From NCBI GenBank assembly GCA_015233115.1, contig JADFYJ010000016.1:499-61481 (forward strand): a stretch of 60,983 bases of DNA, written 5' to 3'. Made by a program: the position numbers and the translations under genes. Under the pieces are notes generated by a model, which saw only the letters and a list, made by a program, of their open reading frames with translations, was not told where the DNA came from and ran no database searches. Of this stretch, positions 29,226 to 39,557 are shown one piece after another. This DNA comes from Candidatus Omnitrophota bacterium (GTDB lineage Bacteria > Omnitrophota > Gorgyraeia > Zapsychrales > Zapsychraceae). Position 1 is the first letter of the stretch. Each line of letters starts with the position of its first letter.

Positions 29226-30095
29226 TTATTTTTTATCCGGAGTTTTAACAGGAAGCACCCCAGCCATTTCTCCGATCACATTCACCAAGTCGCTTCCGGT
29301 TGGAACAACGATTTTGGCATTTGCTCTTAAAGCATTCTCCACCATCTCAAGTTTTCTTAAGATTTGGGCATTGCCCACAAAGTACTTTTCTGCCGCCTCA
29401 TTAACCAATTGAATCGCTGCTGCCTCACCCTCAGCCGCGAGAATCTTAGCCTGCTTAATACCTTCAGCTTTCTTAATCTCCGCGCGTTTAGCACCGTCAG
29501 CTGCAGTTTCAGTAGCCGTCGCGAAATCAATTGCCGCGATTTTTTCATTCTCAGCTTTGACAACTTTGTTCATCGTTTCCTGAACATCTTTAGGAGGATC
29601 AATCTCTTTAAGTTCTGTACGCACAATCTGAATGCCCCAGCTTTCTGTCTCACGCAATAAAACGGCATGTAGATCCGAATTAATTCTTCCCCGTTCGCTG
29701 TTGGCGGTCTTCAGCGTCATGGTTCCGATAATATTACGCAAAGTCGTCCGGGCCAGATTGACAATCTGATACTGACAATTCTGAACATTGTATACAGCAT
29801 TTTTCACACTGGCTTCGTCAGAACGAATTTTAAAATAAACCTGGGCGTCCACCTTGGCATTCAAATTATCATTTGTGATGATTTCCTGCGGATTGGCTTC
29901 AATCATTTGCTCCGTGATATTTAACATATAAATAGTCTCAACACCCGGCAAGACCCAGTTAAATCCCGGATTCGCGAAACGGTTATATTTACCGAACCGC
30001 TCAATTAAACCGCGCTGAGTAGGACGAACAATCCTGATCCCTAACAAAAACAACACCACAACTCCGATTACGACCATTAACATGACTTCCGGCAT
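29226..30095 (-). CDS. SPFH/band-7 (stomatin/QmcA-like) protein
   Basis: N-terminal TM, ERFGKY, QEIITNDN, TTLRNIIG, WGIQI.R.E.KEI.PP, AEGEA. Confidence 0.9.
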   Translation of the reverse strand: MPEVMLMVVIGVVVLFLLGIRIVRPTQRGLIERFGKYNRFANPGFNWVLPGVETIYMLNITEQMIEANPQEIITNDNLNAKVDAQVYFKIRSDEASVKNAVYNVQNCQYQIVNLARTTLRNIIGTMTLKTANSERGRINSDLHAVLLRETESWGIQIVRTELKEIDPPKDVQETMNKVVKAENEKIAAIDFATATETAADGAKRAEIKKAEGIKQAKILAAEGEAAAIQLVNEAAEKYFVGNAQILRKLEMVENALRANAKIVVPTGSDLVNVIGEMAGVLPVKTPDKK

Positions 30096-30178
30096 ACATC
30101 CTCCTCTTTAAAATAAAAATTAAAGGTTAAAAGTAAAACAAAAGCCAACAACAAAAATATCCCCAATAACAGCGCGAA

Positions 30179-30802
30179 CTAAATGCGAGTATAATAAATC
30201 ACTTCCCTCGCCTTTTCCGGATTAATCTTGTAGACGTACGTATGCAACAACCCCCGACTCGTAGTTCGCTTTACCCCTTCAGTACTTTTATTCGGATCAA
30301 CGTCTTTCGCGTTAGTCTCAACAAATTGACGCTCTTTTTTAAATATGGGCGGATCGTTAATAGCGTCAATTTTCGCTTCCGACTGCTTATAAGATAGGGA
30401 CATAGACAATTGATAGGCATCTTTACTTTTTACGCTATTTATAAAAATACTATTAGTTGTCTCCATGATAATAATGCGGTTAACTTCATTAAGAAAATAG
30501 CTTACTGGCGGTTGCTTTTCTAACTGAAAAACGATTTTTTCTTGATCGATGGAAAAATCAAAGGCCTGCTTTTCCGGGAACAACACCATCATAATTATTC
30601 CAATTGTCCGCGCCATAACAATAAATACAGACGCCGCGCTCCCAATGGCTGAGATTAAAAAAACAGAAAAAACAAAAATATTTTTGTTTATGTGAAACAT
30701 ATAAGTAATTATACCAATGGTTACGAAACCGCCCAAAACCAACAGGCTCCTCACCCATTCGAAAAACCATTGCGCCTTACTTTTATCACTTGAAGACATC
30801 AT
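30179..30802 (-). CDS. Hypothetical membrane protein
   Basis: Two TM helices, AGGAG RBS, co-oriented with neighbours. Confidence 0.65.
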   Translation of the reverse strand: MMSSSDKSKAQWFFEWVRSLLVLGGFVTIGIITYMFHINKNIFVFSVFLISAIGSAASVFIVMARTIGIIMMVLFPEKQAFDFSIDQEKIVFQLEKQPPVSYFLNEVNRIIIMETTNSIFINSVKSKDAYQLSMSLSYKQSEAKIDAINDPPIFKKERQFVETNAKDVDPNKSTEGVKRTTSRGLLHTYVYKINPEKAREVIYYTRI

Positions 30803-30830
30803 CCTTCTCCTTTTATTTAGAGGAAAATCT

Positions 30831-31526
30831 TTATAGATAACTATATATCCACTTTCGAATTAAAAATAATAGAAAAAATGAGACAATATTAATGATCAAA
30901 CCGGTGGTCATTTTTTTGTGTTCTTTGGCAGAGAGCCAATAGACGAGGACGGTGATAGACAAAAAGCCGAACAAATGAGCGAAATGGCTTACGCCGTCAT
31001 TGACCCGGTTTAGCACACCCCGAAAATCCGCGTAGAAAAACAGCCAGGCTTTGAGCATGACCGGCAGAGGGATAATCATTTCCCAGGTGATGCTGAACGG
31101 CTCTAATAACATCGCCGTGGAAATCAAGCCCATTAAAGCGCCGGAGGCGCCCATCAAGGCTACGTTTTTTTGCAGGATCATATACGCGATCATGGAACAC
31201 AGCATGGAGATAAACAAAGCGCCGAAATATATATAAAAAGTTTTCGCGATGCCTAATTGCCGTTCGACGATGCGGCCAAAAACCAGGACGCCCAGCATAT
31301 TGAAAAATATATGCGAAAAGTCCCGGTGCATGAAGGCAGAGGTAAGAATAGTCCACACATAGCCGCGCAGTAGATTTCCAGGATACAAAACCAGATCCTG
31401 AATCGGTGGCTTAGGAAGGTGCGAATAATAGTAATACCAGAAAACGAGGAAGTTTAAAAAAATAATAACCAATGCGGCTTGCGCTTGGCTGAAAAAATTA
31501 ATAAAAACATTCTTGGATTTTTTCAT
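30831..31526 (-). CDS. Rhomboid intramembrane serine protease
   Basis: TSAFMH...HIFFNM, GASG (catalytic Ser), AHLFGF (catalytic His). Confidence 0.92.
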   Translation of the reverse strand: MKKSKNVFINFFSQAQAALVIIFLNFLVFWYYYYSHLPKPPIQDLVLYPGNLLRGYVWTILTSAFMHRDFSHIFFNMLGVLVFGRIVERQLGIAKTFYIYFGALFISMLCSMIAYMILQKNVALMGASGALMGLISTAMLLEPFSITWEMIIPLPVMLKAWLFFYADFRGVLNRVNDGVSHFAHLFGFLSITVLVYWLSAKEHKKMTTGLIINIVSFFLLFLIRKWIYSYL

Positions 31527-31528
31527 AT

Positions 31529-31790
31529 GTTGTTTGGGCTCGCTACGGGGATACGTCTGTGCTCAAACAGGCCTGGCGGCAAACTGCGCGCAGCCATATC
31601 CCCTCCGTTCGCACAAACAACGTTTACTTTAATCTCTATCACGTTTACACCCCTGTACTTTTATCCATCGTATCTCATTACGACGCTACCGTGTGGCACA
31701 TCCTGAGCAAAGTCGAAGGACTCAAACAGGCCTGGCGGCGAACTGCGCGCGCTCATATCCCCTCCGTTCATTCAAACAACGTTAATTTTA
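31529..31790. repeat. Structured element family B, tandemly duplicated at a 159-bp offset
   Basis: 31562-31631 and 31721-31790 match at about 61/70 nt. The first copy is closed by gttgtttg/caaacaac and ggggata/tatcccc stems. Confidence 0.85.
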
Positions 31791-31819
31791 CCTTTATCCC
31801 CTTTACATTTAACGCTTTT

Positions 31820-31880
31820 CATCCTTCGTCCCTCGTCCATCGTTTCACCACATACTACATACCACGCACTACATACTGCT
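31820..31880. repeat. Stacked 7-mer arrays (CRTCCHT x3, then CATACYA x4) overlapping the zwf stop codon
   Basis: catcctt cgtccct cgtccat ... catacta catacca cgcacta catactg. Confidence 0.8.
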
Positions 31881-33383
31881 TTTAGGTCCCCACGTCCCTG
31901 ATTGATAATTCGGAAAATCCTGGGGTACATTTTTATTCCAATATTGGATAATCGGGTCAACGATCGACCACATAACCTCCACTTCGTCTTGACGCGCAAA
32001 TAGCATGGCATCGCCCCTGATGCAGTCAATAAGCAAGCGTTCATAAGGCGGCAAGCGCCGGTCTTTGAACATAGCGTCATAATCAAATATCATGGGAACA
32101 GTTTGCGGCTGATTCAGAATGCCCGGGCGTTTGATATTTAATTGCCAGCAAATTTTTTCTTCCGGCTGAATCCGGAAGCTGAGGACATTGGGTTCTAATT
32201 CCCGGCATTGATTTCCGAATAAATGCAACGGCGGAAATTTAAAATGCACGGATATTTCCGTTTCCCGTGAGGCTAAACGTTTTCCCGCGCGAATATAAAA
32301 CGGCACGTCGACCCAGCGGCCATTATCTATAAAAAATTTTCCAGCAAAATAAGTCGGGATCTTGGAATCCGGCGCAACATTCGCTTCCTGACGATAACCA
32401 GGCACGTTCTGACCATTCACGACTCCCTGACCATATTGACCAGCTGTCATAAATTGCTGGATATGATCATCTGTGACAGGGCGGATATGCCGCAGGACAT
32501 TCACTTTCTCATCACGGATATATTCGGCTTCAAATCCTACCGGAGGTTCCATAGCGATTAAAGACAAAAGTTGCAAAGCATGATTCTGAACCACGTCCCG
32601 CATAATGCCCGACTGTTCGTATAATTTCCCCCTGCTCTCAATTCCGATATCTTCAGCGACGGTAATTGTGACATGATCAATATAATTTCTGTTCCATAAC
32701 GGCTCTAAAATACTGTTGCCAAAACGGAAAAACAAAATATTCTGGACTGTGTCTTTTCCTAAATAATGGTCCATACGATAGATTTGATCTTCGTCAAACA
32801 CTTTGGTCAATTGCTTATTCAGCGCAATGGCCGAGGCCCGATTATGGCCGAATGGTTTCTCAATTATGACCTTGCTGTTAGGCGCGTTCTGACACAATTC
32901 AACTTTGCGCAAGCGTTCAATGACTTCAGGAACCATGTCAGGATGGACGGCCAAATAATATATGGTGTGTTTAACTTCATGCGTGTGGGAGGCGTAAATA
33001 GCGGAGATCCGGTCACACAATTCACCGTAATGCCCAGCCTGGTTAAGATCATGGCTGTGATAATATAAATGCTTTAGAAAATCATTGGCTTTTTGATCAT
33101 CATACAATGGATTGCTGTTTTCACGAATAGACGCCAAAGCCATAGACCGGTATTCTTCATCCGTGATTTGACGAGAACCGACGGACAATACGGAAAATTC
33201 ATCGACCAGTTTTGCTTCAGCAAATAAATTATAAAGCGATGGGAGAAGCTTTTTACGGCTCAAATCGCCGGTTCCGCCAAAAATAACCAATACAAAAGGC
33301 GAGACTTTTTCCACTTGAGACTCATCGCAAGGCTCCGGGCGGATAATCTTTAGCATTGCGGGATCGAATTTAAATTCGACCAT
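31869..33383 (-). CDS. zwf: Glucose-6-phosphate 1-dehydrogenase
   Basis: [47 protein letters not shown]. Confidence 0.97.
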   Translation of the reverse strand: MVEFKFDPAMLKIIRPEPCDESQVEKVSPFVLVIFGGTGDLSRKKLLPSLYNLFAEAKLVDEFSVLSVGSRQITDEEYRSMALASIRENSNPLYDDQKANDFLKHLYYHSHDLNQAGHYGELCDRISAIYASHTHEVKHTIYYLAVHPDMVPEVIERLRKVELCQNAPNSKVIIEKPFGHNRASAIALNKQLTKVFDEDQIYRMDHYLGKDTVQNILFFRFGNSILEPLWNRNYIDHVTITVAEDIGIESRGKLYEQSGIMRDVVQNHALQLLSLIAMEPPVGFEAEYIRDEKVNVLRHIRPVTDDHIQQFMTAGQYGQGVVNGQNVPGYRQEANVAPDSKIPTYFAGKFFIDNGRWVDVPFYIRAGKRLASRETEISVHFKFPPLHLFGNQCRELEPNVLSFRIQPEEKICWQLNIKRPGILNQPQTVPMIFDYDAMFKDRRLPPYERLLIDCIRGDAMLFARQDEVEVMWSIVDPIIQYWNKNVPQDFPNYQSGTWGPKSSM

Positions 33384-33386
33384 AGT

Positions 33387-34289
33387 TTACCCCTGTTTTT
33401 TAACCGCATGGCCACCAAATTCATTCCTCAACGCGGCAATAAATTTATTTCCGAATGATTGATCTTGACGGGAACGGAAACGTTCAAACAAAGCTAAGGC
33501 AATCGTCGGAGCAGGCACATCCATGTCAATCGCTTCTTTCGCGCTCCAGCGGCCTTCGCCGGAATCTTCCACAAAACCTTTGATACTTTCCAAACGAGGA
33601 TCTTTTTTGAGCGCGTCTTCTGCCAATTCCAAAAGCCAAGACCTGACCACACTACCCTGATTCCACAAGTGCGCGATAGCCGGAAGATCCAAATTAAATT
33701 CTTTTTTAGCGTTTAAAATTTCAAATCCTTCGGCATAAGCCTGAAGCAGCGCGTATTCAATACCGTTATGCATCATTTTTACAAAATGGCCAGAGCCGTT
33801 TGGCCCTACATGCAAATATCCGTCTTTAGGCGCTAAAGTTTTGAATACGGGTTCCAACTGAGAAACTATTTCTTTCTCGCCGCCGTACATGAGACAATAC
33901 CCAATCTTAAGCCCCCAGATCCCGCCGCTGGTTCCGCAATCAATATATCCCATATCTTTTTGTTTATACCATTTCGCCCGGCGCGCAGAATCCTTATAAT
34001 TCGAATTCCCGCCGTCAATGACTGTATCGCCTTTAGATAACAAATTCCATAACTCACGGATTGTTTCTTCCGTTGCCTCCCCTTCCGGCACCATGACCCA
34101 AACTTTGCGGGGAGCTTCTAACTGATCGACCAGCTCTTCCAAGGAAGCCACAGTGGTTGCGCCCATAGCTTTAGCCGGTTCACGAGAAGATTCTTTACGC
34201 GCATAAGCCACAATATCGTGACCATCATTACGCAATCGCTGGACCATATTCAATCCCATGCGGCCTAGACCTACGAATCCTATTTTCAT
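33387..34289 (-). CDS. gnd: 6-phosphogluconate dehydrogenase (short, YqeC-type)
   Basis: GLGRMG, IDGGNS, DCGTSGG, GHFVKMMHNGIEY, DSGEGRW, RNEFGGH. Start at ATG 34289 (AGGAG RBS). Confidence 0.95.
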   Translation of the reverse strand: MKIGFVGLGRMGLNMVQRLRNDGHDIVAYARKESSREPAKAMGATTVASLEELVDQLEAPRKVWVMVPEGEATEETIRELWNLLSKGDTVIDGGNSNYKDSARRAKWYKQKDMGYIDCGTSGGIWGLKIGYCLMYGGEKEIVSQLEPVFKTLAPKDGYLHVGPNGSGHFVKMMHNGIEYALLQAYAEGFEILNAKKEFNLDLPAIAHLWNQGSVVRSWLLELAEDALKKDPRLESIKGFVEDSGEGRWSAKEAIDMDVPAPTIALALFERFRSRQDQSFGNKFIAALRNEFGGHAVKKQG

Positions 34290-34305
34290 ACTGATCTCCT
34301 CTTTC

Positions 34306-35379
34306 TCACACACTAAATCTAAAATTCACCACGTCTCCGTCTTGCATGACGTATTCTTTTCCTTCGAGGGTGATAAGTTTGTTGTCGACAATGGCTTTGT
34401 AGGAACCTAAGCGTTCGAAATCTTTGTATTTATAAATTTCCGCGCGGATGAAACCGCGTTCTATGTCAGAATGGATTTTGCCTGCGGCTTGTGGCGCTTT
34501 AGTGCCTTCGGAAATGATCCATGAACGGGTTTCTTTGTCCCCGGCAGTTAAGAAACAAATTTGTTTTAACAATTTTTGCCCTTCACGCGCCAGACGGTGT
34601 AAACCTGGTTCAGTAATTCCGGCAGTTTGGTAAAATTCTTCCCGTTCTTCAGGCGGAAGCTGAATAATTTCGGCTTCGATTTTAGTGCATAAAACCACGA
34701 TGCCGGCATTTTCCCTGGCCGCGCGTTCTTCTAACGCTTTCACTAAATCAGGACGGGAATTATTTTCGTCAACATTTGCCACATACATCATAGGTTTCGC
34801 GGTCAAGAGTTGATATTCCCGAATCATGTCCATGTCCACTTTTTGCCTACGGACAGGGATTCCCTTACCCAATTCAGCGACTACCATATCTAATATTTCA
34901 CATTTTTTCTGAGCTTCGCGGTCGCCGGCTTTAGCTGTCTTTCTAACTCGTTCGATGCTTTTTTCAATCTGTTGCAAATCTGCCAATAATAATTCAGTTT
35001 CAATGGTTTCCGCGGCGGAAATCGGATCCAGCTCTGCCATCACATTCACCACATTGTCATCTTCAAAACAACGGACCACATGAGCCACAGCTTCCACGGA
35101 GCGGATATTTCCCAAAAATTTATTTCCCAAACCCTCACCCTTACTCGCGCCTTTAACCAAACCCGCGATGTCCACAAAACGGATTCCGGATGGCGTAATT
35201 TTCTGCGTATTAAATTCTTTTCCTAAATGCTCCAGACGCGGATCAGGAATCGGCACCACGCCGACATTCGGCTCGATCGTCGTAAACGGAAAATTTTCCG
35301 CGGCAACGCCTGCCCCGGTCAAAGCATTAAACAAAGAAGACTTCCCGACATTTGGTAAACCTACAATACCTATTTCCAT
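34306..35379 (-). CDS. ychF: Ribosome-binding ATPase YchF
   Basis: GIVGLPNVGKS, NFPFTTIEPN, DIAGLVKGASKGEGLGNKFL, EGKEYVMQDGD. Confidence 0.97.
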   Translation of the reverse strand: MEIGIVGLPNVGKSSLFNALTGAGVAAENFPFTTIEPNVGVVPIPDPRLEHLGKEFNTQKITPSGIRFVDIAGLVKGASKGEGLGNKFLGNIRSVEAVAHVVRCFEDDNVVNVMAELDPISAAETIETELLLADLQQIEKSIERVRKTAKAGDREAQKKCEILDMVVAELGKGIPVRRQKVDMDMIREYQLLTAKPMMYVANVDENNSRPDLVKALEERAARENAGIVVLCTKIEAEIIQLPPEEREEFYQTAGITEPGLHRLAREGQKLLKQICFLTAGDKETRSWIISEGTKAPQAAGKIHSDIERGFIRAEIYKYKDFERLGSYKAIVDNKLITLEGKEYVMQDGDVVNFRFSV

Positions 35380-36674
35380 TAAATTCCCTTCGGTTCTTGT
35401 TCCACTTCTTTTAAATTTCCCAAATCATTTAAAATCCGTATTAATCTTGATTTAATTTCTGATGTATCAACAGCTACCCCTAAGATACGTTGATTAAACG
35501 CGTGCTGGCGGTCTGCCCAATCCGTCACAATATCCGACGCCGTACCCTGCGGACGATATACAGTACCAAAGAATGACCAAGCACTGGCCATCATTTCATC
35601 TAAAGCCTGGTTTTGAATATTATCTTGAAGCGCCAAATCAGCGATCAATTGTTCTGAAATAATTTTATTCTGAATGTGTTGTTTAAGCAGTTTCCCCGTT
35701 TCTCCCATTAATTTTTCATCAACAGCGTCAGCCATCAGATCTGTGCCATCCCAAAACACTTTACTGTTTTGTAAAAACCGTTCCTGGTTCAGGCGTAAAT
35801 TACTCCAATAATCTTCTTCCTGAGTCAGCCAGCCATTCAACCGGTTCAACACCCCGCCTGGGTGTTTGGCCTTGATCAAATTTATATCATTATTCACCTG
35901 TTCACTCATGCTCAAAAGCGCTTGTTCTGTGGCCTTGGTATTATTTTTCAATAATTCAAACTCATGATTCAAGGTTTCCCACATCTCGCCCCAAACTTTG
36001 ACAATGGCGGATTTCTTGATGAGTATATCCAAGTCATACGTCCGGATATTCTGCTCAAAATTTTCAAACACTTTTTTGCTGCAGCTGATCTGATCTGTGC
36101 AGTCAGCGCTGTCCAATAATTTTTTATTCAGGATCACTTGATCCAGTTGGCCAGTCAAGACAGACAAACGCCCGTCTAATTTCGGGATATCAATCTTTAA
36201 CGGTTCAAATAAACCATTAACCTGCTTTTTAAAATCCGTATATTTCAAAGAAATATCCGCAGCCGAGTTTTCCGACAACAACAATAAAAATTGACTGCTG
36301 GCAGATTTATAATCCAACAAAGCATTTTCCAAAATTTTCTGGTCTTTATCCAACTTGACCAACAAAGACTTGCTTTCCTGCAAACTTGAGCCAAAAATTT
36401 CTCCCAGCTTTTTAAAATCCTCACCCCGTTTTTGGTCAACGACTTCTGTTTTCGACACAAAATTACGGTACGTCCCGTCAACATCGATGTCCGCGGCATT
36501 TTTGCTGGCAATCGGCACCGCAGGTATCTGCCCTTTTAGATTATTCGCTAAACGGACCATCTGATCATTAAGCTGTTTTGTGTTTTCAGGATTCAACGCC
36601 CGGCTAATAAAATAAACCCCGACGACCAAGACTGCAAAAATAAACAGATATTGTACTTTGTCATCTTTTTTCAT
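35379..36674 (-). CDS. Hypothetical membrane-anchored helical protein
   Basis: 431 aa, N-terminal TM. Its stop overlaps the ychF start (TAATG). Confidence 0.7.
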   Translation of the reverse strand: MKKDDKVQYLFIFAVLVVGVYFISRALNPENTKQLNDQMVRLANNLKGQIPAVPIASKNAADIDVDGTYRNFVSKTEVVDQKRGEDFKKLGEIFGSSLQESKSLLVKLDKDQKILENALLDYKSASSQFLLLLSENSAADISLKYTDFKKQVNGLFEPLKIDIPKLDGRLSVLTGQLDQVILNKKLLDSADCTDQISCSKKVFENFEQNIRTYDLDILIKKSAIVKVWGEMWETLNHEFELLKNNTKATEQALLSMSEQVNNDINLIKAKHPGGVLNRLNGWLTQEEDYWSNLRLNQERFLQNSKVFWDGTDLMADAVDEKLMGETGKLLKQHIQNKIISEQLIADLALQDNIQNQALDEMMASAWSFFGTVYRPQGTASDIVTDWADRQHAFNQRILGVAVDTSEIKSRLIRILNDLGNLKEVEQEPKGI

Positions 36675-36703
36675 TTCAGTCTTCTCTCACCCATCGCTTT
36701 TTC

Positions 36704-36748
36704 CTTTACCACCTTTACCACCTTTACCACCTCTACCACGTTTATCAC
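36704..36748. repeat. Solo 9-mer array (CTTTACCAC x5)
   Basis: ctttaccac x3, ctctaccac, gtttatcac; 6 nt after the trpB2 stop codon. Confidence 0.85.
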
Positions 36749-36754
36749 TTTTTC

Positions 36755-38146
36755 TTACCATTTCCCCGTTTTATGAATTTTGGCTTTTGGTAATTTTTTT
36801 AATACTTCCATCGATGCTTTTAATTCTTCATCTGGCAAAGTATAACCTTCCAGTTGGCCAGTCAGATATTTATCATATCCCATTAAATCTAAAAGTCCAT
36901 GGCCGCTGTATGAGAACAAAATAACCTTTTCTTTTCCTTCTTCGCGCGCCTTGATTGCTTCATCAATCGTCGCGGCGATCGCGTGGCTGGTTTCCGGCGC
37001 GCAGATCATGCCCTCGGTTTTCGCCCATATCATCGCGGATTTATAGGCATTAAGCTGGTCACACGCGCGCGGCGCGAGTAAACCTTCCACAACAGCCTGA
37101 CTGACCAAAGGCGCCATACCGTGATACCGCAATCCTCCGGCGTGAACCGGAGCTGGAACAAATTGATGGCCCAGCGTATTCATGGGTAGTAACGGTGTCA
37201 TCTCCGCTGTATCGCCAAAATCATAAGCAAATTCTCCCCGGGTCATTTTCGGGCAAGAGGCAGATTCCACAGGAATAATTTCGATCTTTTTCCCGTGAAT
37301 TTTATCCGCCACAAATGGAAAAGATATTCCCGCGAAATTACTTCCGCCGCCCGCGCATCCGATCACCACATCCGGCCCTTTTTCTCCGGCAATTTCTAAT
37401 TGCTTCTTGGCTTCCAAACCAATGATCGTCTGATGCAAAAGCACATGATTTAAAACACTGCCCAAAGCGTAACGGGTCGTGCCGCTTGGGTCAGATACGG
37501 CTTCTTCAATCGCTTCGCTGATCGCGATTCCCAAACTCCCCGGAGTATTGGGGTCTTTTTTCAAAATTTCCCGTCCGGCATGCGTATATTCACTCGGGCT
37601 GGACACGCAATGCCCTCCCCAGATCTGCATCAATATTTTACGCATAGGTTTCTGATCAAAACTAACGCGCACCATGTACACTTTACATTCCAGACCAATC
37701 ATATTACACGCCAAAGCTAAAGCCGTTCCCCACTGACCCGCGCCTGTTTCTGTCACCAATCGCTTGATCCCGAATTGTTTATTATACCAAGCCTGAGGAA
37801 TAGCGGAATTGGTCTTGTGGCTGCCTGCGGGACTGATGCTTTCATCTTTATAATAAATCCTCGCCGGAGTTTTTAAATAAGCTTCCAAACCAGTTGCGCG
37901 GCGCAAGGGTACCGGCCGCCAATGGCATAACAAATCCAACACCTCTTCAGGAATATCAATCCAGCGTTCCCTGCTCATTTCCTGGTCGATTAAATTCATC
38001 GGAAACACCGGAGCTAATTTTTCCGGCGTAATCGGTTTCCCATCCTTACCCAACGGCGGCAGCATCGGCGTAGGCAAATCCGCGGCTAAATTGTACCATT
38101 GACGCGGCATATCTTTGGGGCTGAGATGGATGTTGATTTCTTTCAT
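36755..38146 (-). CDS. trpB2: TrpB2-type tryptophan synthase beta chain
   Basis: WYNLAADLP, SPAGSHKTN, TETGAGQWG, GCAGGGSNFAG, HAGGLRYHG, APETSHA, SGHG. Confidence 0.9.
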   Translation of the reverse strand: MKEINIHLSPKDMPRQWYNLAADLPTPMLPPLGKDGKPITPEKLAPVFPMNLIDQEMSRERWIDIPEEVLDLLCHWRPVPLRRATGLEAYLKTPARIYYKDESISPAGSHKTNSAIPQAWYNKQFGIKRLVTETGAGQWGTALALACNMIGLECKVYMVRVSFDQKPMRKILMQIWGGHCVSSPSEYTHAGREILKKDPNTPGSLGIAISEAIEEAVSDPSGTTRYALGSVLNHVLLHQTIIGLEAKKQLEIAGEKGPDVVIGCAGGGSNFAGISFPFVADKIHGKKIEIIPVESASCPKMTRGEFAYDFGDTAEMTPLLPMNTLGHQFVPAPVHAGGLRYHGMAPLVSQAVVEGLLAPRACDQLNAYKSAMIWAKTEGMICAPETSHAIAATIDEAIKAREEGKEKVILFSYSGHGLLDLMGYDKYLTGQLEGYTLPDEELKASMEVLKKLPKAKIHKTGKW

Positions 38147-38159
38147 GCGAATTCCTCCA

Positions 38160-39374
38160 TTATTTTTTTTTCCATAAATAAACCTTATCCTGCGGATTGG
38201 CGATAAAGGGCAATTTCACGCCGATATCGGTTCCGCGCACGGCTTTATCAATATACACATTATCTTTTTGAATTTCATCAGCCACCACATACTCGGCAGC
38301 AGTTGATTTTCCGATAATAATTAAAGTATCGCCTTTAGACAAATCACCGGCCTGCAAACGGATCTGGGCTACGCTGATCTGCTTAAAAAATTTCATGACA
38401 TAGCCGATATAAATTTTTTCATAAATATGTTCAAACGTCCGGCTGTTTTCATCCTGAGGCTGGCCAAAATAAAAACCGGTTGAAAGCCCGCGGTTATAAA
38501 CAGTCTTCAATTGCTCTTTAAGTTCCAGTTTTAAAGGCGCATCCAAATTGCCTTCATAAAACGCGTCAATAGCCCGACGGTAAGCGCTCACCACCACCCG
38601 CGCGTATTCTGGAGAACGCATCCGGCCTTCAATTTTAAAAGAATCAATTCCCGCCTTGATCATCTCATCGATAAAATCCATGGTACACAAATCTTTGGGA
38701 CTCAACACATAATCCTGGCCCAGGACAAATTCCGCTTGCTGGTTGACATCTTTAATAAAATATTCCCGCCGGCAAGGCTGAATACACTGACCCTGATTCG
38801 CGGACTTGCCATGCGCATATTGGGACAGAAAACACCGGCCGCTAATGCTCACGCACATAGCGCCATGAATAAAGGTTTCGATCTCACACGGAATATTTTC
38901 TCTGCGTTTCAGCTGAACCATACGGCTGATATCATCAAGGGTGCACTCTCTCGCCAACACCACCCGGCTGACGCCCAATCCCTGATAAAACTTCAAGGCT
39001 TCAAAATTCGCCACGCTGGCCTGGGTCGACAAATGAATATCTAACCCTTTTTCCTTAGCCATTTTCAAAGCCGCCATATCCCACAAAATCACCGCGTCAA
39101 CGCCGACCTTCTTCGCTTCCGTCAAAATATTTTCAGCCTTGGCTAAATCATCCTCCATTAAAATTGTATTGAGCGTTAAATAACCTTTCCGTCCTGACTG
39201 GCGCAATAGGTCCATGACCTTTCCTAATTCCAACATATCAAAATTAGAGGCCAAATGACGCATGTTAATACTTTTCACGCCAAAATAAACACTATCCGCG
39301 CCGCAATCAACGGCCGCTTTTAAAGAAGGCCAATCGCCGGCCGGAGCTAATAATTCAGGAGTTCGATTTATCAT
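38160..39374 (-). CDS. Peptidase U32-family protein (probable Fe-S RNA hydroxylase, TrhP-like)
   Basis: PELLAPAG, GADSVYFG, HLSTQ, HGAMCVSISGRC, C.QPCR, KIEGR. Confidence 0.88.
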   Translation of the reverse strand: MINRTPELLAPAGDWPSLKAAVDCGADSVYFGVKSINMRHLASNFDMLELGKVMDLLRQSGRKGYLTLNTILMEDDLAKAENILTEAKKVGVDAVILWDMAALKMAKEKGLDIHLSTQASVANFEALKFYQGLGVSRVVLARECTLDDISRMVQLKRRENIPCEIETFIHGAMCVSISGRCFLSQYAHGKSANQGQCIQPCRREYFIKDVNQQAEFVLGQDYVLSPKDLCTMDFIDEMIKAGIDSFKIEGRMRSPEYARVVVSAYRRAIDAFYEGNLDAPLKLELKEQLKTVYNRGLSTGFYFGQPQDENSRTFEHIYEKIYIGYVMKFFKQISVAQIRLQAGDLSKGDTLIIIGKSTAAEYVVADEIQKDNVYIDKAVRGTDIGVKLPFIANPQDKVYLWKKK

Positions 39375-39431
39375 AAATTTTTATACGTTAAAATTCTCAA
39401 ATAACAAAACCAAATCTTTTTTGTACATACT

Positions 39432-39555
39432 AACCGCGTGCCCATACACAAGGTTAGCGTTTAAACTGAATCCCCGAGCGAGTTTCCTTGGGCAACGCCC
39501 AAGGTTGTTTGAGCGAAGGATTCGGTTTAAATGCCAACCGCCCAACCGCGCGCTT
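39432..39555. repeat. Dispersed structured element, family A copy 3 (124 bp)
   Basis: Same scaffold, with apical hairpin ccttgggc-aac-gcccaagg. Lies 2 nt from the upstream stop codon. Confidence 0.92.
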
Positions 39556-39557
39556 TA

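Noticed and set aside
31559-32086. ORFs 31559-31885 (+) and 31772-32086 (-)
   Set aside because: They are products of the family B duplication and heptamer arrays, or an alternate frame of zwf.
36658-36924. Pro-rich ORFs (PLPPLPPLP) at 36658-36924 and 44987-45199
   Set aside because: They are translations of the 9-mer arrays, antisense to trpB2 and murC.
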